Source: Bdellovibrionales bacterium (lineage in GTDB: Bacteria > Bdellovibrionota > FAC87 > UBA2466). From it: a DNA stretch of 64,000 bases. The stretch is from NCBI GenBank assembly GCA_005776395.1, contig SXPJ01000083.1, positions 9,737 through 73,736 of the forward strand, read 5' to 3'. Positions 39,732-48,367 of the stretch are shown here, piece after piece. The stretch's first letter is position 1; each line of letters begins with the position of its first letter. The notes below the pieces were generated by a model. The model was not told the DNA's origin. It saw only the letters and a program-made list of their open reading frames with translations, and did not search any database. The position numbers and the translations under genes were made by a program.

Positions 39732-42700
39732 TTACGGGGTTGACGGGACCTTCAATACCGTAATGACGATAACATCCTGGAGGCCATTCATGTTCACTGG
39801 CTCTAGTCGAGTTCTTATCACTATAATGTTATCTTTCGGTTGAAACATTAGGCCCACTTCGTTAGTGACGGAGCCAGCTTTTTGATAGCCCTTTGAGTGG
39901 GCTAAGACCTGTTGGCGTGTATTGGCGCTATTGAATACAGGACCTTCGCCACTTATTAGGACTCCATCAAAATAAAGGCCTCCCTCAGGATTCGGCAGAT
40001 ACTCTATAATAGCTTTCTTTGTTGACCATTGTTCCGTGTTAAAAACAGAAACTCCTTCTATCGATGGGCCTACGCTCTTTACCCCTTCGAGTTGCCGACT
40101 TATAAGGCTCCTTGCTTGACCGTTATTCTTAGCCATGAATGCTGACATGAGGCCTTGCGGTTCTTCAATTAATCGATACTGAGTTTTGTTGATTGGGGAG
40201 CGAATCCTCTCAAAGATCGAAAGGTTAAAAGCGATGTCATCGGTATAATCTGGTAGAGTTTTTGACCCAATTTTAGTTGTGATTGTTGCTGGCGATGTAA
40301 TTTCAGCCGCGACCTTCGAGAAATCTTTGTAGTCGGGAACTCGTCCTTCGGCATGCGCTCGTTTAGAAGCTTCGGCATAAACTTCACTGGCAGCCTGATG
40401 CATCTCGTTTACGACACCTCTCTTCATCTGGACCAACTGTTGGGTGTTACTTCCCGCAAACCAGAAGCCTAAATCATCGATAAGTTTGCGAGCTTCGTTA
40501 TAAGACCAGCCCTCTTCTTTCATTAATTGGGTAGCTTCTTGAAAACGCTTTTTGAATGAGCTTATTTCGAATTCGGAGAGAGGTTTGCCTTTCCTGGCTT
40601 GAAACTGTGCTATTTGAGCCTCTGCCCCCCCTTCCAAAACCCTCATTAATTCTCCAGATTTCCTGGAATCGCCCTTGATTATGTTTATAACTCTTGGGTC
40701 CTGAGGATCAAAGCCAGGGGCCTGGGCCGCTTTCAATTTCTGAAAAAGTTGTGCGCTTCTTATTTCTATGGGGGCAGTAGAATCGTAAGGTAGATTATGG
40801 ATTTTTTGAATCTCACTCCCAATATTCTTATCTCCGATTTTAGCAATCTCTTCCAATTGCTTGGCTTGATAGGGATCTCTATCAAGGAAGCCCTCCTTTG
40901 AAGGTTTTTTTTCATTCAAAAGATCGTGAACTGTTTTACCCGTATTTTCTTTGAATTCGCTTAGTTTTTTTCCAGTTTCAGCAAAGACCTCTCTAGGACG
41001 ATTCCAGAAATTCTTCTCGGTTTCATTTCCATTTTCCAAGTTAAAAAGGGGGTCTGCTCCTTTAGAGAAGGCAGAACCTTCGGCTAGTTTGGGATTAATC
41101 TCATAGAGAAGTCTCGCGTAGGCGGTTGTCAGGGCATCTTGTCTAGACGGATCTTTCATTACCTCTCTAGCAAAGGCATGGGAGAGATCTCTTTCCTTAA
41201 GAGCCTTAGGGTTGACTCCAAGCTCCTTGGCAGCCTTGCTGAGTTCGTATTTTCTGATGACATTGCCACCCAATTTCTGAACTTTATGCATCACCGCGGG
41301 GAGGCCGGCGACGCCAAAGGCACCGACCCCGGCTTGGTAATAATCTCCACTATTAACATTCTCGAGCACCTGGCCGCCAGTCTGGTAATTGAGATAAGCT
41401 CCGATGAGATCTCCCACCGGTTTTGATATTCCAGAGGCAGCTCCGAGTAAGACACCACCGCGAGCCGTTTCTGTGACTTCGTCCCAATCGAGAGAGGTCT
41501 TGGCATTGACTCCTTCGGGGAGTGATCCACTTTCTAATTTTCTCCGATCGTCCTTAATCTTAGCCCACTGATCCGCCAGAGAGAATCCGGCACCAAGACT
41601 AGATCCCGCGAGGGCACCTCCCCCTATTTGAATCCCCTTGGCGGTGTACCAGGCTCGTGTTCCAATCGCGGCAAAAGTGACGGCTTGAGTACCTTTAGTG
41701 GCAGCGGCGAAGGCCGCTCCAGCCCCCATAGTGGCTACCGTCGCGACCGCTCCGCCGATTTTCTGACGAACCTCCGACGCATATTGTTCGGCCTTTCCCT
41801 GAGCCATTTCAGCCAAGCCATTGCTCGCATCGCTAGCGAGTTTTCTATATTGTTCGGCTGCTTCAGGATCAATGGCTTGTAATCTCGCTGCTGATTTAGA
41901 AATTTCATCTATCTGATTTTGAGCCTCTTTCATGGTCGGGTTTTCCTTACTATAGGAAATGCCTTTTGCTAAATGAATCAAAGCAGACATCACTGGAATG
42001 GGCGTTTTTTCGGAGGGAATTCCGCTTTGGAAATTAACAAAACCAGATGCCGAGGCGGTAGTTGCGTTGTCGAAGAGTTCCTGTAACGAAAGAGATTTCG
42101 ACTTTTCTTCTCCTGCTCCTTTCAAGATATCAGAAATGAGTTTTCTTTCACTCTCAATAATCTCTAATTTTCTGAAGGGAGAAATAATATGCTTCTCATT
42201 TTGTTTTTCGGATAAAACTCGAAAGTCATCTTCATAACCTTTTCGATTTTTGGCTAGGAATTTCTCTGCGACGCTCCGAAGAGATGCAAAAGACTTAAAC
42301 TGATAAGGATTAAGCTCCCTCTGTTCGGTGCGATCGAGTTCTTTCTTGATTAAAGAAAAGATCATGAACTCTGTCTCTTTCATTGAGAAACGTTTCTCTG
42401 GAGTAAGATCAACGCCCCTCTCCTTGAGATCAGCTTCGAGGTTTCGGTAGCTTTGAAGTTTATCAAAGGCTTCTCGCAGTGATGGGGGTAACCGTTCAGC
42501 GGCCATACTCGAGAAGGTCTCTCCTTTATTGGCCTGGTCAAAAATTTCTTTTGCCCAATCAAATTCGAACCCCTTGACTTGAACAGAATCTGCCTTGGTG
42601 ACTGGATGTGTTCGAACAGTGATGCGGGCCCTGGTAGCGTCGACGTGCAGAGAATCGATCAGGATCTGAGAACCCAGTCCATTGTATTGTCTATCGAGCG

Positions 42701-44144
42701 CTTTCCGTAAAGCCTTAGAGTCTTTTAACTTGGCTAAGAATTGAGGATCGAATTCACCTTTATTAAAAGGAAGAATCGGGAGCTCTTCTTCTTTATTTGT
42801 TTCTTTATGGGTCTCTTTTTTGAAAATGATTCCCGATTTCTCGAGAAGAGCCCGATCGTCTTTCGCATAAGCGTATCGCTCTTTGATTCCAGAGATCTCT
42901 TTTTCGTATTCTTTTTTAGTTGTGACTTGAACTTTATTGTCGTTATCCTTGGGAAAAATAATGTGTTCTCCCAGGCGAATAGGCTCTTTTTGTTTCTGAG
43001 TAAGTTCTCCAAGTCCCGCTTTAATGAGAATCGTTCGCTTCTCATCTTGAGAGGCATTATCTCCCAAGGAAAGGCCTGATAAAAATTCAGAAAACTTCTT
43101 AGGATCGGCTAGGGTGTAAGTTAGAGATTGAGCGTCCTCTTGGTTTACTCCATACTGAATCAGCTTAGAAACTGCCTCAGTTCTTTCTTTAAGGATTTCA
43201 TTTTTTGATAAAATTCGAATCTCGCCCATTTTGAGATCAGGGGGAAGGATAAAGTTTTTCACATTCCAATCTGCTTCTTTTTCATTCAGCGGAATCGAAA
43301 AGATTCGATTCTTGTCAAAAATCACTTTCGAAAACTCAGGGTTGATTAAAGTATTGAGAATTTTTTGGCTGTGGGCTCTCTTTTCCGGATCCTCACTCCT
43401 AGCAAGAGAGAAAAGTTTAGTTAAGTTTTCTGGCGAAAGACGCTTAAAAGGATCGGATGTGAGATCTAGTTTTTTTTCAGCTTCATTGAGTTGTTCGACC
43501 GTTCTAAACTTATGAACGGGGGGCTGGAACTCTATAAAAGGAACATTGTAGGGGGTCGTGAGAGCTGGGTTTTTATTGGATTCTTTACCCCCCTCATTTC
43601 TTTCAGCTTCTTCGCCAAAAGAATTCTCTTCCTTTTTTTGAACTACTAATTGATTCTTTAGTTTTTTTAGATTCTCTTCCAAGACAAAAAGGTCCTTGGC
43701 TATTTCTTCTAGGATTGTCTCACGCCCGTTTTTTTCAATAGGATCTTTTTTTTCTTCTATCTTAGATTTCTTTCTATCCTCCTCATAATCTCCATGTTTT
43801 ATCCCCTGGTTTTCGTGATCTGTAAGTGGAGAGATATTAGGTCCTGGATCCAGCTCTCTTTCTTTTCGCTCTTGGTACTTGATAAATTCATTGTACTCTT
43901 TCAGAAGTTTTAGCTCTTTGGAGATTGTTTGAACCTGTTGAAACTGAGCAACTTTATTTTTCTCTTTATCGACCTGACTGAGTTGAATCTGCAGATTCCT
44001 GATTGAATCGCTCAATCCTTTTCGGGTGAGAAGGTTGGAGTTAGTAACCTCGTTGGCCTTAGAATGAATTGCAAATATAAAAAAAACAGAGAAAAAGACT
44101 AAGGGAAATAAAAATCGTTTATTTAAACGCCATTGATGTTTCAT
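39732..44144 (-). CDS. Large secreted hypothetical protein, polymorphic-toxin/effector-like architecture
   Basis: Signal peptide, coiled-coil region, Gly/Ala hydrophobic helices, J-domain-like segment, distinct C-terminal globular region. Confidence 0.6.
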   Translation of the reverse strand: MKHQWRLNKRFLFPLVFFSVFFIFAIHSKANEVTNSNLLTRKGLSDSIRNLQIQLSQVDKEKNKVAQFQQVQTISKELKLLKEYNEFIKYQERKERELDPGPNISPLTDHENQGIKHGDYEEDRKKSKIEEKKDPIEKNGRETILEEIAKDLFVLEENLKKLKNQLVVQKKEENSFGEEAERNEGGKESNKNPALTTPYNVPFIEFQPPVHKFRTVEQLNEAEKKLDLTSDPFKRLSPENLTKLFSLARSEDPEKRAHSQKILNTLINPEFSKVIFDKNRIFSIPLNEKEADWNVKNFILPPDLKMGEIRILSKNEILKERTEAVSKLIQYGVNQEDAQSLTYTLADPKKFSEFLSGLSLGDNASQDEKRTILIKAGLGELTQKQKEPIRLGEHIIFPKDNDNKVQVTTKKEYEKEISGIKERYAYAKDDRALLEKSGIIFKKETHKETNKEEELPILPFNKGEFDPQFLAKLKDSKALRKALDRQYNGLGSQILIDSLHVDATRARITVRTHPVTKADSVQVKGFEFDWAKEIFDQANKGETFSSMAAERLPPSLREAFDKLQSYRNLEADLKERGVDLTPEKRFSMKETEFMIFSLIKKELDRTEQRELNPYQFKSFASLRSVAEKFLAKNRKGYEDDFRVLSEKQNEKHIISPFRKLEIIESERKLISDILKGAGEEKSKSLSLQELFDNATTASASGFVNFQSGIPSEKTPIPVMSALIHLAKGISYSKENPTMKEAQNQIDEISKSAARLQAIDPEAAEQYRKLASDASNGLAEMAQGKAEQYASEVRQKIGGAVATVATMGAGAAFAAATKGTQAVTFAAIGTRAWYTAKGIQIGGGALAGSSLGAGFSLADQWAKIKDDRRKLESGSLPEGVNAKTSLDWDEVTETARGGVLLGAASGISKPVGDLIGAYLNYQTGGQVLENVNSGDYYQAGVGAFGVAGLPAVMHKVQKLGGNVIRKYELSKAAKELGVNPKALKERDLSHAFAREVMKDPSRQDALTTAYARLLYEINPKLAEGSAFSKGADPLFNLENGNETEKNFWNRPREVFAETGKKLSEFKENTGKTVHDLLNEKKPSKEGFLDRDPYQAKQLEEIAKIGDKNIGSEIQKIHNLPYDSTAPIEIRSAQLFQKLKAAQAPGFDPQDPRVINIIKGDSRKSGELMRVLEGGAEAQIAQFQARKGKPLSEFEISSFKKRFQEATQLMKEEGWSYNEARKLIDDLGFWFAGSNTQQLVQMKRGVVNEMHQAASEVYAEASKRAHAEGRVPDYKDFSKVAAEITSPATITTKIGSKTLPDYTDDIAFNLSIFERIRSPINKTQYRLIEEPQGLMSAFMAKNNGQARSLISRQLEGVKSVGPSIEGVSVFNTEQWSTKKAIIEYLPNPEGGLYFDGVLISGEGPVFNSANTRQQVLAHSKGYQKAGSVTNEVGLMFQPKDNIIVIRTRLEPVNMNGLQDVIVITVLKVPSTP

Positions 44145-44186
44145 TCCAAATGTCTCTCTAGTTGTCTCTATTCCTTTAATAAAACA

Positions 44187-44202
44187 TGCAATTCAAGCAC
44201 CA
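44187..44202 (-). promoter_or_regulatory. Sigma-54 promoter
   Basis: Minus strand TGGTGC-TTGAA-TTGCA, 43 nt upstream of ATG 44144. Confidence 0.65.
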
Positions 44203-44526
44203 GAATTAGGCCAGGGAATTGAAAGAGAAAAAGCAATAAACTATCCAAGATATATACAGGGTATTCCAATATAACTTCGAAATCGCTCGTGGTATTAAGG
44301 ACTTAAATACCCGTTGAATACGAAAGAAAAAGTACCGATAAATTAGACAATGAATCCCGCCTAAATCACCCTCTCATTTCGACTTATAAAAACCACATAA
44401 AAATAGTGAAATCTTCACAGTTGCTTCATTGAAAAAAAAACTTCTAAAATCAAGTTGAGTAGCAAAAAAAATAAAGTTTTTCTTAAAAAAACTCTCAAAT
44501 TAAAAACAAGTTCATACAGGTGATAT

Positions 44527-44898
44527 ATGAATAGCCGTTTTTTAAAGTTTTTCGTTTTCTTCTTTCTTCTCTCAAACCAAATTGCGGTTGCGATCGAGGC
44601 CGGAGGAATTGATAGGCCCCAATCACGTCTGTCTCCAATCCAGAATCCTCCCCCCAATAGAATTCCCTGGAGCGATTGCATGGCATCGGTCCTTGAGTGC
44701 AACCCATACGTAGTAGCAGAGATGTGCACCAGACAACTTAGGAGAGACAACCTTGAGTGCGCCACAAAAGCGCTAAGTACCGCCTACGACCTAAAAATAC
44801 TATACGATATTACCCAAGTGTTACTGGGCTATATGGATAATAACCCGGCGAAGGAGTCTACCTATGCTGGTAAGGTTATCAGCAACCCTACTATCTGA
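44527..44898 (+). CDS. Secreted Cys-containing protein (possibly N-terminal part of a frameshifted gene)
   Basis: Signal peptide ending AVA, AGGTGA SD, 4 Cys; overlaps the next ORF by 35 nt. Confidence 0.55.
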   Translation: MNSRFLKFFVFFFLLSNQIAVAIEAGGIDRPQSRLSPIQNPPPNRIPWSDCMASVLECNPYVVAEMCTRQLRRDNLECATKALSTAYDLKILYDITQVLLGYMDNNPAKESTYAGKVISNPTI

Positions 44899-45712
44899 TC
44901 CTCCCGCATCGCCATGCGTAACAGAAGCCTTAAAGACCGTTAAGGATGCATTCGGGGCGATAGGGGGACTGCTTAATTTAATCGATCGTAATGATTTTGG
45001 TTCGGTAATCAAATTAATAAATGACTTTCAAAAGTCCATTGCGGCTGGCGCGCTAGCGCTGTCGAGATGTTCTGGAGGCACCCTCGACCCAAAAACAACG
45101 GAAAAATTCAAAAATATCATCAGTGCCGCCGACAAGGTTTTAGTCATCGCCGAGTGCTCTCTCGCAATCGTAGAAGGTTTGGCTTTTTTGGGCCTCAATA
45201 CGCGTTGTGCATGGTTCGACAGTATGGATGCTTTTCAGAGCGCCCGCGATGTACAGGCCGCTCGGCAACGTGCCTATCCGACTGATGGCAGCGCGACTCC
45301 CCTGGGTGATGTACAGGCCGCTCAGCAACAACCTGCCTATCCAACTGATGGCAACACGATTCAATCGGCTGATGGTAGTGAGCTCCGCTCGACTAGAGTC
45401 AGCATCACCTGTGGTAATGAGCCCCCCTCCTGCTCGCGGTGGGCGATGGGAGTTCTAGGTCAGCGCTTGTGGGAAGAAGATATTTTGGGTTCGCGGTCCG
45501 GCTATTGCGCAAAGAGTTGCTCGAACAGCGGTTATGGCGGCGACTGCGCAAAATTCGCGCCCTACATTTTCGCTTCGTCTCCCGCCTGCGGAGAGATCTG
45601 TAACACGAAGCAATGCCCAGCTGCTGTCCAACTCTGCGTTTCTATGTGCTGCAACCAAGACGGTGACTGCACCGCCAAAGCGAATAAAAAGATAAGAGAA
45701 AACGGATGGTAA
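44864..45712 (+). CDS. Cys-rich hypothetical protein (possibly C-terminal part of a frameshifted gene)
   Basis: 16 Cys, 12 of them in the last ~100 aa; no signal peptide; internal duplication. Confidence 0.6.
   Translation: MLVRLSATLLSDPPASPCVTEALKTVKDAFGAIGGLLNLIDRNDFGSVIKLINDFQKSIAAGALALSRCSGGTLDPKTTEKFKNIISAADKVLVIAECSLAIVEGLAFLGLNTRCAWFDSMDAFQSARDVQAARQRAYPTDGSATPLGDVQAAQQQPAYPTDGNTIQSADGSELRSTRVSITCGNEPPSCSRWAMGVLGQRLWEEDILGSRSGYCAKSCSNSGYGGDCAKFAPYIFASSPACGEICNTKQCPAAVQLCVSMCCNQDGDCTAKANKKIRENGW
45248..45361 (+). repeat. Imperfect direct repeat, 60-bp period
   Basis: gatgtacaggccgctc...tgcctatcc.actgatggca at 45248 and 45308 (DVQAARQRAYPTDG / DVQAAQQQPAYPTDG). Confidence 0.9.
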
Positions 45713-45868
45713 GTCGCAATCGCGTTTTACGTTTCATCTGTGGATAAAAAAATATTTTTAAGCAGAACTCCGAATAAAAACCCCGAAATAAAAAACCTTT
45801 TCTCCATATTTCCTTCACATTTTTCATGTAGCCTTAGTTTAAGAGTGTTTATTTGAGGGGGACTATAC

Positions 45869-48307
45869 ATGAGGGGATTCGCACATTACTCTGTGAGTAT
45901 TATCACCGCCTTTGGCGTGTGGCTCTCCACCTATGGCTATCTTTCACTCGCTACATCCCCAGAAGAAAAACTTTTCGATAGTATTTCTCAACTTACTGTA
46001 ACTGGAGATCGTGAACCTTCCACAGGAGCTATACGTACTGTTAAATCTGAAACCGACATACGAAAGCTCATTGAAGCCCCTGATCAACGGGAAGTTATCA
46101 TCTCTATTTGGAGTCCTAGAGTTCATCCCTTTAAAGAGCCCCCCACTTATAGAGTGGCTCGTCACTGTCGTTATGGTGAAATATTAGAATCTGCTATTGG
46201 AATCGTGGACACAACCAAAACACATATTTTAAGAAAAACTGGAAGAGATCAAAAACTACCTCACGCATTTGAATGGAGCAACACAAAGTTTAGATTGGTT
46301 GAAATCTCTCCCCCTCAATCTATTCCCTTTAAATTTGATTATATTGGAAAGGTATTTGAATTTCTCAAAACAGGAAGTTGCCAATATCAACCTGCTCCAT
46401 TGACGGCCAATGAAAACCCTCTTGTCTATTTTCAAAAACACTTAGAAATTGCAAAAAAAGTAAACGCCACCGATATTCTTTTCCCCAAAACAACTTTTGA
46501 TCTGATCTCAGGAAACAAAACTGCCATAGGAATCGAATACGCACTATCTGTCTCTGACCACAAAGATCTGGCGATCGATTTTAATGGCTCCTCATTTCTC
46601 ATTCCTTCAGATAGGGGAGGCTTTGTTTTTGAAAACACCCAAAGACTCTCCATTAAAAATTTATTCATCGAATGGGCCAAACCAGGCAAGGAAAATACCC
46701 CTTACTATTCTGGCCCTACGCTACATGGCTTTTATTCCCCTAGAAAAGATAATTCCGATTTATGGTTTGAAAATATCACCCTAAAAAGAGTTCCTGGCTG
46801 GGGCTTTTACTTCGACTCTATCCGAGGGGCCTTTATCGCCAATTCAAATATTTCTGCATTTTCAGGAGAATCACTTCCAGCCACCCGAGAAGGAGCCGTT
46901 AAAGCGATAAATAGCCAGGATATCATCGTAAGAAACAACACCTTTAAAAATCTGGGCGGGGATGGAATTTCACTGCACGGCCAATTTGCTGTAGTCGCAA
47001 CCTCTCCCTACCTATCTAATCCCACACCGACTAAGTCACCCAGGCTAAGCTGTGTAGGCATGGGGAGCAGTTGGTCCCCATTTGCAGAAGAGGAACCCCT
47101 AGGATTTTTCAATGAAAAAATGGATTTCCAGGGGGAAACATCCATTAAAAAAATTACTCACTTCTCATTTTCCGATCCCAAACTCCCTCCTTACTGCAAA
47201 GGTTTTGCTCACTGTAGTGAAATTTGCTTTACACCTCAACTCGACCTTACTCCGGTGAAAGCTGGATTTGCTGCAAGTCTGAAAAATAATTCATCTCTCT
47301 TTTTAATCACAGATAATAAACTATCCGAGATCGCTGGAAGAGCTATCACCATTCAAGGAAGCAACGGAGAGATCTCCGAAAACATAGTCAACAACTCTGG
47401 AGGTCCTGGAATACAACTTAGCGCTGACTTAGCTCATCAGCTTCAAGGTCCTGGCGCCTTTAATATTTTACTTAAAAATAATCAATTAAGACATGTAGTC
47501 TCAGCCACTCACTATTTACAGGCAGAAGAGCCCTATTTTGGGGGGATCTCAATTGGGGCAACTCAAAAAGAAAGCGATGGCAGAACCGTTCTTATTAAAG
47601 CCCCATTAATACAGCATATCCTAATTGAAGGGCCGAACTCCCTTGTAGAAGATTCTGGATCGGTCGCACTCTTAATTTCTTCGGCTAAATCTATCGAAGT
47701 CAGGGATTTAACCATTGGATCTGCAGGGCTCTCAAGAAACCTAAGTTCAGGTAGTTTATCTGGAAGTACAGCTGAAGGTTCTATTCTTCTCACGCACTGT
47801 CAGCAGATTGATCTCGCAGGCCTCACAACCCCCCCTCTTATAGAGAAACGTTACGCCAGAAGTAGAACTATTGTTATAGATTCTCAGAATGTCCTGCAGC
47901 TTCGAATTCCTCTCTCGATACGAGGGAAAAATGGAAAATCGGCCAATACTCTCTGGTACACAACTTTCCGTAGTTGGTTCAAAGATGACGTTTCTAAAAC
48001 TCCTAGTGAGGTTAATCTCATCCTTGAGTCTCCTGGATTATCTACCTTTCATAATAAACCTCCACTCGAGGCATTCTCTATTATCACCCCCAAAGTGGGT
48101 GATAAAGAATCAACCCAGCTAGGAAAACCCCTTCCCCTTAACTCAACAGCCAACCGTTGGATCTCCACGGGAACATTAAGTTGGCAATCCCCCAATAGAA
48201 TTCAGCTAAGACCTACTTTTAAAAACAACTACCCCAACCTTTTCCTATCGATAGGAAGTGCCAATTTAACGCCCAAGAAACAGGCCCCTCTCCCATTCGA
48301 AAGTTGA
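45869..48307 (+). CDS. Secreted right-handed parallel beta-helix protein (GH110-like/pectin-lyase fold)
   Basis: Signal/anchor; stacked I.N..F/I repeats; IIVRNNTFKNLGGDGISLHG. Confidence 0.65.
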   Translation: MRGFAHYSVSIITAFGVWLSTYGYLSLATSPEEKLFDSISQLTVTGDREPSTGAIRTVKSETDIRKLIEAPDQREVIISIWSPRVHPFKEPPTYRVARHCRYGEILESAIGIVDTTKTHILRKTGRDQKLPHAFEWSNTKFRLVEISPPQSIPFKFDYIGKVFEFLKTGSCQYQPAPLTANENPLVYFQKHLEIAKKVNATDILFPKTTFDLISGNKTAIGIEYALSVSDHKDLAIDFNGSSFLIPSDRGGFVFENTQRLSIKNLFIEWAKPGKENTPYYSGPTLHGFYSPRKDNSDLWFENITLKRVPGWGFYFDSIRGAFIANSNISAFSGESLPATREGAVKAINSQDIIVRNNTFKNLGGDGISLHGQFAVVATSPYLSNPTPTKSPRLSCVGMGSSWSPFAEEEPLGFFNEKMDFQGETSIKKITHFSFSDPKLPPYCKGFAHCSEICFTPQLDLTPVKAGFAASLKNNSSLFLITDNKLSEIAGRAITIQGSNGEISENIVNNSGGPGIQLSADLAHQLQGPGAFNILLKNNQLRHVVSATHYLQAEEPYFGGISIGATQKESDGRTVLIKAPLIQHILIEGPNSLVEDSGSVALLISSAKSIEVRDLTIGSAGLSRNLSSGSLSGSTAEGSILLTHCQQIDLAGLTTPPLIEKRYARSRTIVIDSQNVLQLRIPLSIRGKNGKSANTLWYTTFRSWFKDDVSKTPSEVNLILESPGLSTFHNKPPLEAFSIITPKVGDKESTQLGKPLPLNSTANRWISTGTLSWQSPNRIQLRPTFKNNYPNLFLSIGSANLTPKKQAPLPFES

Positions 48308-48367
48308 AATCTCATCCTCTTCCAGATAAACTTTACCCAATCATTTATCGACTAGGAGCTTGCTACT

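Noticed and set aside
44415-44765. Minus-strand ORFs 44415-44765 and 44495-44707
   Set aside because: Antisense to the signal-peptide ORF and run into poly-A/T promoter DNA
45739-45747. Perfect DnaA box (TGTGGATAA) in an AT-rich gap; another lies inside tamB near 60556
   Set aside because: Isolated single boxes, no cluster and no dnaA; not evidence for oriC
39732-48307. Prophage or mobile element explanation for the accessory stretch
   Set aside because: No integrase, transposase, phage structural gene, tRNA target or flanking att repeats recognised
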